DNA of 64,000 bases from Polyangiaceae bacterium (GCA_044222475.1 JBGANF010000034.1:1-64000), one strand, 5' to 3'. Shown: positions 29,753 to 43,257, counted from the first letter of the stretch. Numbers and translations: made by a program. The notes: generated from the sequence alone by a model not told the origin.

Positions 29753-31429
29753 ATGCCGTCGGAAGGGTACCCTCAGCTGCGAAAATTCAGGGCGATCGTG
29801 GCCATTTTTGGGCTCGCGGTCGCGCTGGGTTGCGGGAGTGGGTCCAGCACGCAGGACGCTGGGGACGACCGGTCGCGCGCGATCGCAGCGGCGCGGGAGC
29901 TCGCCAAACCGACCACGCCGCTCCCGGCGCGGCCCGAGGTGCTCGTGAGCGCGCAGACGCTCGAGGCCTTCGCCGTCAAGGAGGGCGCCGGCGCCACCGC
30001 GCGCGAGCTGCACGAGCTCGCCGCGACGCTCTTCGAGCGCGCGTATCGGCGCGACGGGAAGGAGCAAGACGGAAAAGAGGCGCTCGCGTCGTTCACCGCG
30101 GCGGCGAAAGATCTGAAGCTCGGCGGCGCCTGCGAAGCCGGGTTGCACGGCGCGCGTCTCGCAGGAGACGTCGCTCACGACGCGGAGACCACCTACACCG
30201 AGCTCTACCGTCTCGATCGAAGGCTCGACGCGGGTCTCGGCGTCGATGGTGGCGCGCCGTCGACCTGCGCCCTCGACGTGAAGGCGGAGCTCGTGGAGCT
30301 CGCGGCGTTTCGTCCCGCACCGCGGGTGCTCGCCGCCGTGGACACCGCGCTCGCGGCGGAGGGACTCCTCGCGGGGACCGCGGATGGCGGGCGGCCGACC
30401 GAGGCTGCGAAGGTCGTCCGCGTCGAGCAGTGGCCAGGCAAGGATGCTGCGCGCGTCGTCGTCACGCTGAACCACGCCGCGAGCTACCGCGCCGGCGACG
30501 AAGCATCGAGCGGTGGCAAGGGCGCGCGCACGTTCATCGAGCTCGACGGCGTCGACTTGGGCACCGCAGGTCGCAGCACCGACACGGTGGGTGTCATCCG
30601 CCGCGTCTCGGTCGAGCCGACCGTGTCGGGCACTCGTATCGCGATGGACATCGACGGCGGGCAGGCGTACCGCCACGTGTTCACGCTCCTGGAGCCCTAT
30701 CGCATCGTGATCGACGTCGCGCGGCACCCGCCCGGTCTCGGCGGTGCGACGGCGTCGCGCCGGTCGGTGCAGCGCATCGTCCTCGATCCGGGGCACGGCG
30801 GGAACGACGCGGGCGCGATCGGCCCGACCGGCGTGAAGGAGAAGGACGTCACGCTCGACGTCGTGAAGCGCGCGGCCAAGGCGCTCGCTGCCGTCGGGCT
30901 CACCGCGTACGTCACGCGCGACGACGATCGGTACGTGACGCTCGAGGAGCGAACGGCACGCGCGAACCAGCTCGGCGCCGATTTGTTCGTCTCGGTCCAC
31001 TGCAACGCCGCCGAGAACCACGCGCGACGCGGGGTGGAGACGTACGTCCTCGACACGACCAAGGACGACATCGCCGCGCGCGTCGCCTCTCGCGAGAACG
31101 CGACGACGGAGCAAGCGACCGCGGAGCTCGGATCGATCCTGGCGAGCATGCGCCTCGCCGATCAGGCGAGCCACTCGACGCGCCTCGCCGAGCTGCTCCA
31201 GAAATCGGCGATGGCGTCGCTCAAGCCGACGTTCTCCGACACGATCGACGGTGGCGTTCACCCGGCTGGCTTCTACGTGCTCGTGGGCGCGCGCATGCCG
31301 GCGGTGCTCTTCGAGACGAGCTATGTCTCGAACCCGGTGGAGGAGCTCAGGCTCGCGAGCGACGACTACAAGAACCTGCTGGTGGATGCGATCGTGAACG
31401 CGATCAGGGCCTACCGCGAAGGGCGATGA
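29753..31429 (+). CDS. N-acetylmuramoyl-L-alanine amidase (Amidase_3) with AMIN-like domain, probable lipoprotein
   Basis: IVLDPGHGG, EKD, FVSVHCNA, PAVLFETSY motifs; RIVID AMIN-type motif; lipobox ALGC. Confidence 0.9.
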   Translation: MPSEGYPQLRKFRAIVAIFGLAVALGCGSGSSTQDAGDDRSRAIAAARELAKPTTPLPARPEVLVSAQTLEAFAVKEGAGATARELHELAATLFERAYRRDGKEQDGKEALASFTAAAKDLKLGGACEAGLHGARLAGDVAHDAETTYTELYRLDRRLDAGLGVDGGAPSTCALDVKAELVELAAFRPAPRVLAAVDTALAAEGLLAGTADGGRPTEAAKVVRVEQWPGKDAARVVVTLNHAASYRAGDEASSGGKGARTFIELDGVDLGTAGRSTDTVGVIRRVSVEPTVSGTRIAMDIDGGQAYRHVFTLLEPYRIVIDVARHPPGLGGATASRRSVQRIVLDPGHGGNDAGAIGPTGVKEKDVTLDVVKRAAKALAAVGLTAYVTRDDDRYVTLEERTARANQLGADLFVSVHCNAAENHARRGVETYVLDTTKDDIAARVASRENATTEQATAELGSILASMRLADQASHSTRLAELLQKSAMASLKPTFSDTIDGGVHPAGFYVLVGARMPAVLFETSYVSNPVEELRLASDDYKNLLVDAIVNAIRAYREGR

Positions 31430-32022
31430 AACCGAAGGCGTGGATCGCGGTCGCGTTGCTGCTCGCGCAGAGCGGCTGCACCGCGCACCTCGGCTATCGG
31501 CTCGCGCCCGCCGCCGCGGCGCCGTTCGCGGGACGGCTCGACGTCCTGCGCGTCGACGCGCCGACCTCGCGGGAGCCCGAGCGCCGCCACGATCGGAGCG
31601 TGCAGTTCGCCGCCGGGCGCTACTACGCGAACGGCGCGCGCTTGAGCAGCGACGGAACCCGCCTCGTGCGCGGCGACGGCACGGTGCTGTTCTTGTCGCC
31701 CGACGACCGCCTCGAGCTCTCCGGTTCGTTTCGTGTCGGCGAGCGGACGCCGGACGGCGGCACCGTCGTGCGGTCGCCGGTGCGTGCCGAGGTGATCGGC
31801 CTGAGCATCGCCGCGACCGTGCTCGGCGGGGGCCTGCTCGCGCTCTCGGGGTATGGGTTCGCGCGCCACTGTTCGACTGGCGGAGACTGCAGCGATCCGT
31901 TCGACGCTCCGGCTGCGCTGCTCTCGGTGGGGATCGGTGCGAGCGCGGGGCTGTTGCTCGCCGGGGCCATCCTTCTCGTGAACGAGCTCGCTGGGCGGTT
32001 CACGGTGGATGGCGGACGGTGA
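31426..32022 (+). CDS. Hypothetical lipoprotein with C-terminal hydrophobic hairpin
   Basis: ATGA overlap with the amidase stop; lipobox-like QSGC; two hydrophobic helices joined by a Cys-pair loop. Confidence 0.65.
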   Translation: MKPKAWIAVALLLAQSGCTAHLGYRLAPAAAAPFAGRLDVLRVDAPTSREPERRHDRSVQFAAGRYYANGARLSSDGTRLVRGDGTVLFLSPDDRLELSGSFRVGERTPDGGTVVRSPVRAEVIGLSIAATVLGGGLLALSGYGFARHCSTGGDCSDPFDAPAALLSVGIGASAGLLLAGAILLVNELAGRFTVDGGR

Positions 32023-32048
32023 TGCCCGTTCTGAGCTATCTGTTCGTC

Positions 32049-33563
32049 ATGACGCGTTGGTCCGGCCGCGCTCGGCTGCTCCTGGGGTGCGCCTTCGGGG
32101 CCATGGTGGTGCTCGCGTCGAGCTGTCTCGAACCGACGCAGATCACCGTGGTCGTCTCGACCGACGTCGATTGCGCGGTCGTCACGAAGACGCAGACCGA
32201 GATTGCGATCGGGACGCGAGCCAGCGTCGACCAGGGGACGGGGCAGAACGTCACCGCGACGACGTGTGCCGGGACGGAGATCGGGTCGATCGCGCTCGTG
32301 CCGAGCGGAACGAACGAGTCGGTCGCGGTCGGCGTCTACTTGTCGACGAAGCTCGGCAAGCCATCGTCTTCGTGCCGCGCGAACGCGGCGGACTGCATCG
32401 TCGCTCGGCGGGTGATCGGCTACGTGCCACACACGCCGCTGACGTTGCCGATCCATCTGTCGTTGAGCTGCCTGAACGTCACGTGCTCGAGCGGGCAGAC
32501 GTGCGTCGACGGTCGCTGCACGTCGGACACGATCGACACGACGCGGTGTGCCGGCGGCGTCTGCGGGCCGACGGCGCTGAACCCTCCGGGCGATGCCGGA
32601 GCGCTCGACGCGACGATGGACGCAGCGTGTGGTGACACCTCGACCGACCCGAAGAACTGCGGCCAGTGTGGGTTCGATTGCAGCGGCGGCGAGTGCAACG
32701 GCGGCATCTGCCGTCTCGTGACGAAGGCGGCCATGCCGGACGACTTCGCCGAGCTGGGGTGTCTCGCGTTTCTGTCGAGCACGAATCAGATCGCGTGGAC
32801 GCGCACCGTCGCGGGCAATCGTGGGATCCATCGCGTGACCACGACGGGCGGCACGAGCACGCCTTACGTCGTCGGACCGGTGGGCGCCGGCATCTCGGCG
32901 AACGACACAGTGATGGCGTTCACGATCGCCACCGGAGGGGGGACTCTCTACCAGTGCGATCCGTCCAAGCCCTTCGCCAGCTGTCAGGCGAGGTCGGACC
33001 CGGGCCTCAAAGGCGGGTCACGATGGGTCGCGACGAACCCCGACCAGCCGAGCGCGTATGCGCTCTACCCGGATCGGGTCTTCGCCATGTCCGGAAGCGA
33101 CATCATCACGCTCGCCGCCATCGGCCCGATGACCGGCATGTTGAACCAGACGGTCGCGCTCCAGCGAAGCCAGAGTGGCCCGCAGCTCTTCGTCGGGACG
33201 ACGTCGGCGAGCAGCGGGTTTGGCGTGGGTTCGATCTCCGGGATGGTCGGAGACTGGACCGGTCCGCGGGTCTACTTCACCCAGTCGAACGCCATCGCCA
33301 AGGTCGAGGTGACGGCGTTGTCGACGTTGATCTCGAACCTCCCGAGTCAGCCCAACCAGCTGACGATCGATCGGAGCGCGAACCCGAACCTCTACTGGAC
33401 CGCGACCGAAGGGAACACCGACGTCGTCTACCGAGCCGCAGCGAGCGGCGCGCCTCCGGTCACGAAGCTGTACGCGTTCGGCCTGCCGATCCAGTGCATC
33501 ACGGCTGGTCCGGACGCGCTGTACTGGCTCAGCGCGGGCGTGCCCTACAAGGGCCACAAGTGA
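32049..33563 (+). CDS. Cys-rich lipoprotein with probable C-terminal beta-propeller
   Basis: Lipobox LASSC, DPKNCGQCG Cys repeat, LYW-type blades. Alternative start at 32022. Confidence 0.75.
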   Translation: MTRWSGRARLLLGCAFGAMVVLASSCLEPTQITVVVSTDVDCAVVTKTQTEIAIGTRASVDQGTGQNVTATTCAGTEIGSIALVPSGTNESVAVGVYLSTKLGKPSSSCRANAADCIVARRVIGYVPHTPLTLPIHLSLSCLNVTCSSGQTCVDGRCTSDTIDTTRCAGGVCGPTALNPPGDAGALDATMDAACGDTSTDPKNCGQCGFDCSGGECNGGICRLVTKAAMPDDFAELGCLAFLSSTNQIAWTRTVAGNRGIHRVTTTGGTSTPYVVGPVGAGISANDTVMAFTIATGGGTLYQCDPSKPFASCQARSDPGLKGGSRWVATNPDQPSAYALYPDRVFAMSGSDIITLAAIGPMTGMLNQTVALQRSQSGPQLFVGTTSASSGFGVGSISGMVGDWTGPRVYFTQSNAIAKVEVTALSTLISNLPSQPNQLTIDRSANPNLYWTATEGNTDVVYRAAASGAPPVTKLYAFGLPIQCITAGPDALYWLSAGVPYKGHK

Positions 33564-33567
33564 CTCC

Positions 33568-34680
33568 TCAGCGGGCGACGCGGAAGACGGCGCCCTTGGC
33601 GCCGCCCGAGCCGCGCTGGGTCCAGTAAGCGCTGGTCGCATCGACGGCGAGCCTCTGCGGATCGTCGAGCCCGACAGCGAGATCGGTCCGCGCCGGCCCG
33701 GGGAAGGCATAGCGGACCAGTCGTCCCAGTTTGGGATCGTTGAAGTCTCCGGCGAGGACCCAGAGCGACGAGCCGAGCGCGACCATCGCTCGGATGGGGG
33801 CAGCGATGCTGGTGACGATGCCGACGTTGGCTTCCCAGATCTGGCTCGCGGCGCCGTTCGTGGTCACGTAGAAGACCTTCTGCTTGCCGCTCGGCTCGAT
33901 CGCGAGAACCGCGGTCATGGTCGGATCCTGGCCGAGCGGCTCGACGACGATGCCACCGATGAGCGCGGCGCCTTGGACGGTTCTGGTCGCCACGCCACGA
34001 TTCACCCACGCGCCGTACGGGTACTGGCCGTCGAAGCCGGTCGCGAGCGAGGTCGGGCTTTCTTGGCTCGGGATCTGGTCGATCGTGGTGGTGCTGCAGT
34101 TGGAGATGAGACAGCGACGGATCGTCGTGGTGGTGCTCCAGAAGAGCATCCCCGGCGCGACGGCCGGCGGAGGTCCCGCGAGGGAGGATACGTTCGGCTC
34201 GCTGGCGCGGAGCGCGACCGGAGCGCCGCCGTCGAGCGGGTTCGCGCGGACGGTGACGCTGTCGGCCCAGGCGAGGACTCCCGCGGTGGCCACCATGGAG
34301 ACCGGGGTCGAGGGGAGCGTCGCGAACGTCGATGCCGCGGTCGACCCCGACGTCGGCGCGGCGCGCACCGTGGTGCCGCCCGCGAGCCAGAGCAGGCGAG
34401 CACCGTCGAGCGCGACGAGGGTGGGTGACGTCTCGCTGCAGGAGAGTCCGCACACTGCGCTGCTGGGGCCGGCGCACGGCGTACACGCGAGCGGAGCGGC
34501 GTCGGGGGCGTCGGGCTCCGCGTCGACCGGGATGTCGGTGGCGTCGGTCGCATCGCGGGGCGCGACGTCGCCAGCGGCGTCGCCGGCGTCGGCTTCGACG
34601 AGCACGTAGTCGTCGATCTGAATCAGCAGCGCGCACGCCGGGGTCAGCGCCGCGAGCGCGATCGAAACGGCGCGCCTCAA
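33568..34680 (-). CDS. Lipoprotein with acidic DAG linker and probable beta-propeller
   Basis: TTGA overlap with the upstream stop; TPAC lipobox; LAVDATSAYWT blade motif. Confidence 0.7.
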   Translation of the reverse strand: MRRAVSIALAALTPACALLIQIDDYVLVEADAGDAAGDVAPRDATDATDIPVDAEPDAPDAAPLACTPCAGPSSAVCGLSCSETSPTLVALDGARLLWLAGGTTVRAAPTSGSTAASTFATLPSTPVSMVATAGVLAWADSVTVRANPLDGGAPVALRASEPNVSSLAGPPPAVAPGMLFWSTTTTIRRCLISNCSTTTIDQIPSQESPTSLATGFDGQYPYGAWVNRGVATRTVQGAALIGGIVVEPLGQDPTMTAVLAIEPSGKQKVFYVTTNGAASQIWEANVGIVTSIAAPIRAMVALGSSLWVLAGDFNDPKLGRLVRYAFPGPARTDLAVGLDDPQRLAVDATSAYWTQRGSGGAKGAVFRVAR

Positions 34681-35596
34681 AACGTCCCTCCGAGCAGGCC
34701 GCCGCTCCAAGAAGGTGCAATGTACAAAGAAGCGGCGCGGGTGGTCTTCGGGGCGACCACGAAGACGACGACGCCAGCGACCGCGATGGCGAGGCCCGAG
34801 ACGACGACGATCGTGGACGCGAGCGCGAAGTCTCGCGCCGAGTCGGCGAACGCGAGCGCGTCGGGGGACGAGCATCGCGCGGCGACGGGGCACGCGTCGG
34901 AGGCGTTTCCGTCGAGTGCGATGGCGCGCGCACCGAGGCCGAGCCCGACGGCCGTCGCGACCAGGCCGGTCGCGAGGAGGCCGACTCCGGCGGGTTTCAT
35001 CCACGGCGACGGTGCATCGGGGGTGTCTGGTGCCGGCTCGGCCTCGAGCGCGGGGACCTCGACCCGAGCGTCGGCGTTCGTGATCGTGCCGCGCCACCGA
35101 AACGCGACGAACGCGGGCCGGGTCGCGACGATCTCGTGCTCGCCGGGATCGACCGGGATTCCTTCGCCCCACGCGTCGCGCGCGAGCACGACGCCGTCGA
35201 CGCGGATCTCGAGATCGGGCGCGGGCGCCGAGGCGACGACGGAGACCCGCCTCAGGCGCGGCTCGAGCGCCGCGGCACGTTGGTTCGCGATCGCCTCGGC
35301 CTGCGTCGCGTGGGCGGAGCGTGCGCGGGCCGCCGCCTTGCGGAACGCGCCCCAGGCGCTCGCCGTCTTGCCGAGCGCGTCGAGGCACTCGCCGAGGTTG
35401 AGCTCGGTGCCACCCGCAGGGGCGAGCGCTTCACTCGCGGCGAGCTTCTCGCAGGCTTCGGCCCACCGCTTCTGCAGGAGCAGCGCGTGACCTTCGTCGA
35501 AGAGCTTCTCGGCGGCGATCTCCTGGGTGTCTTCGGCGTGCGCCGCGCTGGCGAGCGACAGCGCGAGAGCGGCGAGGGGCACGACGACGAATCGCA

Positions 35597-35597
<1 letters not shown>
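34677..35597 (-). CDS. TPR + PEGA domain exported protein
   Basis: Signal peptide, TPR (AEKLFDEG...EACEKL), PEGA (VDPGEHEI), two hydrophobic helices, terminal ...GGTF. Confidence 0.8.
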
Positions 35598-36830
<1,233 letters not shown>

Positions 36831-36832
<2 letters not shown>

Positions 36833-36890
36833 TATGATCATAATATATGTTGGTCGTCATGTGACAAGGGCGAAGGCGACGCGCTATCGT
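36831..36890. promoter_or_regulatory. Palindromic operator candidate plus tetR promoter
   Basis: Perfect palindrome ATTATGATCATAAT (36831-36844); GTGACA-N18-TATCGT ends 6 nt before the tetR ATG. Confidence 0.55.
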
Positions 36891-36896
36891 TGACGC

Positions 36897-37511
36897 ATGG
36901 GCGCGGTGACGGGAACGAGGCGCGACGGGCGATCGGAGCGCAAGGCGCGCACCCGGGAGGCGATCCTCGCGGCGGCGGGCCGCCTCTTGAGCCTCCGCGG
37001 GATCGAGCGCACGTCCGTCGCGGACGTGACGGCCGAGGCCGGCCGAACGGTCGGCGGCTTCTACGGGCACTGGGACAGCAAAGAAGACCTCTTCGCCGAG
37101 GCGCTGCGTACGACGTACAGAAAGAGCTGGACCACCCTGCTCGAACGCCACGGGAGCGGACCGACGCCAATCGATCGGGGGCTCGGCATCCTGCGCGCGT
37201 ATCTGTCGCGCAGTCATCGCGACGGCGGCGAAGACGCATGCCCGATCCCGGAGGTCGCTCCGGAGGCCGAACGGCTCGGGGACGACGTGCGCGACGTGTT
37301 CGCGAAGGAGACGGAGGCGTTCGCCGACGAGCTCGGCGCACGACTGCCGGGAAAGCGCTCCGTCGCGCTCGGCGTGATCGCGTTGATGTATGGCGGAGTG
37401 AGCATGGCACGCGCGGTCCGCGGGACGCCTCTGTCCGACGAGATCCTGCGCGCGTGCAAGCAGCTCGGCGCGCTCGCGCTCGGCGCCGCGGGCTCCGTAG
37501 ACAAGAAGTAA
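36897..37511 (+). CDS. TetR/AcrR family regulator
   Basis: TREAILAAA...TSVADV...GGFYGHWDSKEDL HTH. Confidence 0.92.
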   Translation: MGAVTGTRRDGRSERKARTREAILAAAGRLLSLRGIERTSVADVTAEAGRTVGGFYGHWDSKEDLFAEALRTTYRKSWTTLLERHGSGPTPIDRGLGILRAYLSRSHRDGGEDACPIPEVAPEAERLGDDVRDVFAKETEAFADELGARLPGKRSVALGVIALMYGGVSMARAVRGTPLSDEILRACKQLGALALGAAGSVDKK

Positions 37512-37564
37512 TTTCCGGCGATGATGGTGGGGTGAAACCGCCGACTCCCTCGGACGATGGTGTG

Positions 37565-38551
37565 ATGTCCACGAGCGCGAAGCTCTCGCTCGCGCAGATC
37601 GCGATGGCTCTGCGCGACGAGCAGCTCAGCGCTCGCGTCGTTCACTACAAGGAAGAGCTGGAGACGAACGCCGAGCTCGATGCCGTCACGGCCCAGGTGA
37701 TCGCCGAGCTCCAGATGCTGCAGCGCGCAGCCGGGCCGAAGTCGGCGGCACCGGTCACGTCGCCGGAGGATCGATCGCAGATCGAGATCGAGCTCATCGG
37801 CAACTTGAAGTCGATGTTCGGCAAGCTGTTCCCCTCGGATCGCATCGCCAGCATCGTGCAGCGCAAGCTCGGCGAGGTCTCGAAGCGCTTCGCCCGACTC
37901 TTCTTCGAGAGCGAGCTCCACGACAAGATCCGCGGCAACGGGAGCGAGGCGAAGACCATGCGCTTCGCGGAGCAGGCGCTCTACCACGTGTTCGCGCGCA
38001 ACGAGGACTACCTCAAGCGCCAGCTCGAATCGTTCGAGTTCGCCTCGCCCGACGTGAAGGCCGACGCGCGCGAAGGTCTCGAGGGTTGGATCAAGGAGCT
38101 GCGAAACGACTTCCTCGGAAAGACCACCCCGGAGCTCAACGCGCTCGTTCGCATCTTGAACGAGGTGTTGACGCTCTTCTTCACCCAGGAGCTTCCGCCG
38201 GTCGCCGGCGAGCTCGCATGGGAGATCGTCAAGGAAGCGAAGCTCGTCGAGGGCGCGTCGCGCTCGGGATACAAAGTGTCGGCCGCCGCGTTTCCGCGCT
38301 TCAGGCAGGCGTTCGAGCGCCGCTTCCTCCAGCGCCTCGTGCCGTTCGCCGCGGACGGCATGCTCAAGCGCGTGCACGCGAGCGAGGGAAAGTTCCGCGT
38401 CGAGACCCTGCGCTTCGTCGCCGACCCGCACATCTTCAGCGACGTGTGCGAGCTCATCTGCGAGGCGAGCTACGACTTCCTCTACAACGAAGGGTTCCTC
38501 GATCTGCCTGGCGACTGGCGTGCACGCCTCGGGGCCAGCGGCGCCGTCTAG
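37565..38551 (+). CDS. Hypothetical helical cytoplasmic protein
   Basis: 328 aa with strong coding-like codon usage; no family recognised. Confidence 0.75.
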   Translation: MSTSAKLSLAQIAMALRDEQLSARVVHYKEELETNAELDAVTAQVIAELQMLQRAAGPKSAAPVTSPEDRSQIEIELIGNLKSMFGKLFPSDRIASIVQRKLGEVSKRFARLFFESELHDKIRGNGSEAKTMRFAEQALYHVFARNEDYLKRQLESFEFASPDVKADAREGLEGWIKELRNDFLGKTTPELNALVRILNEVLTLFFTQELPPVAGELAWEIVKEAKLVEGASRSGYKVSAAAFPRFRQAFERRFLQRLVPFAADGMLKRVHASEGKFRVETLRFVADPHIFSDVCELICEASYDFLYNEGFLDLPGDWRARLGASGAV

Positions 38552-38559
38552 GATCGCGC

Positions 38560-39514
<955 letters not shown>

Positions 39515-39528
<14 letters not shown>

Positions 39529-41215
39529 GGTCGCTCTCCCTCGCGCCCGCCCGATCTTCGACGCGGTCTTCCTGCGGCGCCTCGTGTGGGCGACCGGCGC
39601 GACGCCGATCGTGCTCCTCGCATGGGACGCGGCGCGTCACACGCTCGGGGTGAACGGAGTCAACTACGCGATCCGCACGACCGGGCTGATGACGCTGATC
39701 TTCCTCGTGCTCGCCCTCGCCGTAACGCCGCTCCGCAAGCTCACCGGGATCGCGATGTTCATCGCGGTGCGAAGGAGCCTCGGTCTCTTCGCGCTCTTCT
39801 ACCTCGTGGTCCACGTGTCGCTCTTCTACGGGCTCGATCGCGCCGCCAGCCTCGCGAGCACCCTCCACGAGATCTTCATGCGGCGGTACCTGCAGCTCGG
39901 CGCGATCGCGTTTCTGCTGATGATCCCGCTCGCGGTGACCTCCACCGACGCGATGGTGAGGCGGCTCGGCGCGGCGCGGTGGAAGCTGCTCCACCGGCTC
40001 ACCTACGTCATCGCGGTGCTCGGCTGCATCCACTACGTCCTGCTCGTGAAGGCCGACGTGAGGCAGCCGCTCGCGTTCGGCGGGGTCGTCGCGCTGCTGC
40101 TCGGCTTTCGGGCCGTCTCGGCCTTCGTCGCGGCGCGACGCCGGCCGGCTGGAGGGGCGCTCGCTCCGATGGCGCGTCGCCCGACGTGGACCGGCGAGCT
40201 TCGCGTCATCGGGAGCGTTCGCGAGACGCCCGACGTACGGACGCTACGGCTCGGTTCGCCTTCGGGTGGTGCGTTGCCGTTCACGTTCGCGCCCGGCCAG
40301 TACCTGAACGTCACGTTCGAGCTCGAGGGCGAGAAGGTGCGGCGCTCGTACACCATCGCTTCGTCGGCCGAGCAGAAGTCGCACTGCGAGATCTCCGTCA
40401 AACGAGCGGAGAACGGGTGGGTGTCTCGGCACGTCCACGAGGTGCTCGCCGAAGGCGATCGCATCCAAGTCTCCGCGCCGGCGGGTGCGTTCGTGTTCGA
40501 TCCCGGCAGCTCCGACGACATCGTCACCTTGATCGGCGGAGGTGTAGGCATCACGCCGCTCATGTCGATCGTGCGATCGCTGACCGATCGGGGGTGGCCC
40601 GGGCGAATCGAGATGATCCTGTCGATGAAGACGCGAGAGGACATCGTCTTCGCCGAGGAGCTGGCGGCGTTGGGCCGACGGTTCGAGGGACTCCACGTCA
40701 CGGTCACGTTGACGCGCGAGTCGAGCCCGGAGTGGACCGGGCCGAGGGGCCACGTCACGAAGGAGCTCCTCGCCGAGCTCCTCCCGAAGCCGCTTCGCGG
40801 TCCGATCTTCGTCTGCGGACCGAACGCGATGATGCGCGACGTGAAGGCCGCGCTCCGCGCGCTCGGCGTCGACGAAGGGTCGATTCGAACCGAGGCCTTC
40901 GTGTCGCCGGGCGCGAAGGCCGCCGCGCCCACCGGTGACGCCGACGACGAGCTCGCGCACGACGTCACCTTCGAGCAGCAGGACGTGGTGGTGTCGGTGC
41001 CGCGGCGCCTGACCCTGCTCGAGGCGGCCGAAGAATCGGGCGTGGACATCCCCTTCGAGTGTCGATCCGGCATCTGCGGTCAGTGCAAGGTGAAGCTCCT
41101 CGAAGGCGAGGTGACGATGGCGGTCGAAGATGCCCTCTCCACGTCGGAGAAGTTGGAGGGCATCGTGCTCGCCTGCCAAGCACGCGCGCGGACGGCCCTC
41201 ATCGTCGACGTATGA
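39515..41215 (+). CDS. msrQ: MsrQ heme-membrane domain fused to FNR-type reductase and 2Fe-2S ferredoxin
   Basis: MsrQ motifs ([19 protein letters not shown]...H); FAD motif RSYTI; NAD(P) motifs GGVGITP and [12 protein letters not shown]...C. Confidence 0.9.
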
Positions 41216-41251
41216 CGATCCGGTGAGGCCCCGTCCGCGCGGTGCGGCACG

Positions 41252-42091
41252 CTACGCGCGCGTCCCGACGACGTGCAGGTACTCCGCGTCGACCTGCGTG
41301 CCTCCGCTGAGGCGGGCTTGGTTGTTCGAAGCCCAGAGAGCGACGAGGTCGGCGCGGAGCGCGGCCTGCTCTTTCTCGTCGAGCGCCGCGAACGCGCGCG
41401 TCGTCGGTCCGTAGTGCGTGCGGAAGAACTCGACGACCTCGTCCGGGCCGAAGGGGTAGTCGAAGCGGTAGATCACCCGCGCAACGCGGAGGTCCGAGAG
41501 GCCGGAGCCGAATCGGCTGCGCACCACGTCGGCGTCGCCCCAGAGCACGGGCGACGGCATCCCGGCGGGAGCGATGAAGCGTGCGATCGTCTTGAACATC
41601 TGGCCGATGAAGCCCTCCTTGGTCCAGTTCCCCATCGCGATCGTCCCGCCGGGACGGCACACGCGAAGGAGCTCTTCCGCGACGCGGTCGGGGCGCGGTG
41701 CGAACATGGCGCCGTAGAGGCTGGTGACCACGTCGAAGCTCGCGTTGGCGTACGGGAGCGCCTCCGCGTCACCTTCGTCGAAGCGCGCAGCGAGACCCTC
41801 CGCGGCGGCGCGGCCACGTGCTGCGAGGACCCAGTTCGGCGCGATGTCCACGCCCGTGACCTTCGCGCCGCGCCGTGCGGCGATGAGCGCGAGCTGGCCC
41901 GATCCGCACGCGACGTCGAGGAGGGAGGTGCCGCGCGGGACGACGAGGCGGTCGAGGAACTCGACGGCGCTCTGCTCCATGAAGCGCGAGAAGTAGTCGT
42001 AGTTGCCCGCCATCCAAGTGGACTTGAGCTTGGCCTTCAGGGCGTCGAAGTCGGACGTCGTCGTGGTGGTGGTCGTGATCGCTGCGGTCAT
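41252..42091 (-). CDS. Class I SAM-dependent methyltransferase
   Basis: LLDVACGSG, GDAEALP, GAMFAP, RVCRPGG. Confidence 0.9.
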   Translation of the reverse strand: MTAAITTTTTTTSDFDALKAKLKSTWMAGNYDYFSRFMEQSAVEFLDRLVVPRGTSLLDVACGSGQLALIAARRGAKVTGVDIAPNWVLAARGRAAAEGLAARFDEGDAEALPYANASFDVVTSLYGAMFAPRPDRVAEELLRVCRPGGTIAMGNWTKEGFIGQMFKTIARFIAPAGMPSPVLWGDADVVRSRFGSGLSDLRVARVIYRFDYPFGPDEVVEFFRTHYGPTTRAFAALDEKEQAALRADLVALWASNNQARLSGGTQVDAEYLHVVGTRA

Positions 42092-42279
42092 CTCGAGTCT
42101 CCTTTGCGCAGTGCGCGGCGTCGGCTCCCTGCCGACGAAACGAGCATGCGGCCGACGGCGGGCGTTCACCTTGCCCGCGCGTCCGCTTCGTTTGACCGCG
42201 CCGGGACGAAGTGTCCGATCGCTTGCTCGATCGTCCGGAATCCTTTGCCGATCGCACGGTGCTACGCTGGAGCGCGTCG

Positions 42280-43257
42280 ATGGACGCTCTCTCCGAGATG
42301 CTGCGCGCGATCACGCTCGACTCCGCGGTGTACTTCAACGCCGAGTTCACCGAGCCCTGGTGCGTCACGTCGCCCGAGGGTTGCGCGCTCTCTCCCGCGA
42401 TGTCGAGCGATTCCGCGCACGTGATCATCTACCACCTGCTCTGCGAAGGCACGGCGTACGTCGTCGTCGACGGCAAGCGGGTGGAGCTCGGCGCTGGAGA
42501 CTTGATCGCGTTTCCCCATGGTGACGAGCACCTCTTGGGGAGCGGCCGGAGCGTCGCGCCGGTCCTCGCCAGCGCCGTTCTCCCGGAGGTGCTCGAGCGC
42601 GGGCTCGAGCTCCTGCGCATGGGCGGCGGCGGGCGGGTCGCGCGGTTCATCTGCGGCTTCCTCGTCGCCGATCGTCAGCTCAGTCAGGCGTTCCTCGGCG
42701 GGCTTCCGCGGCTCATTCGGGTGAACATCCGCACGGATCCGTCCGGCCAATGGCTGGAGAACTCGCTCCGCTTCGCCGTCAGCGAGGCGGCCGATCGCAA
42801 GACCGGCGCGCACGCGATGGTGACGAAGCTCTCCGAGGTCGTCTTCGCCGAGACGCTGCGGCGCTTCGTGAACCAGCTCCCCGAAGGGCAGACCGGGTGG
42901 CTCGCCGGCGCGCGCGACGGAGAGGTGGGCAAGGCGCTGACGCTCCTGCACCTCCGGCCGGCGCATCCTTGGACGGTCGCGGAGCTCGCGCGCGAAGCCG
43001 GGGTCTCGCGCACCGTGCTCGCCGAGCGGTTCCGCCATTTCCTCGGCGAGGCGCCGATGGCGTATCTCACCCAGTGGCGCTTGCGGCTCGGCGCGCGCGC
43101 TCTCGTGACGACGAACCGCGGGGTCGCGCAGATCGCGATCGAGGTGGGGTACGAGTCCGAGTCCGCGTTCAATCGAGCGTTCAAGCGCGCGTACGGCCTT
43201 CCGCCGGCGCGCTACCGGCGCGACAAGTCGGCAGCTCGCTCCGCCGCGTCTGCGTGA
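42280..43257 (+). CDS. AraC family regulator with N-terminal cupin
   Basis: MDALSEML N-terminus, cupin PHGDEH, C-terminal GYESESAFNRAFKR. Confidence 0.92.
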   Translation: MDALSEMLRAITLDSAVYFNAEFTEPWCVTSPEGCALSPAMSSDSAHVIIYHLLCEGTAYVVVDGKRVELGAGDLIAFPHGDEHLLGSGRSVAPVLASAVLPEVLERGLELLRMGGGGRVARFICGFLVADRQLSQAFLGGLPRLIRVNIRTDPSGQWLENSLRFAVSEAADRKTGAHAMVTKLSEVVFAETLRRFVNQLPEGQTGWLAGARDGEVGKALTLLHLRPAHPWTVAELAREAGVSRTVLAERFRHFLGEAPMAYLTQWRLRLGARALVTTNRGVAQIAIEVGYESESAFNRAFKRAYGLPPARYRRDKSAARSAASA

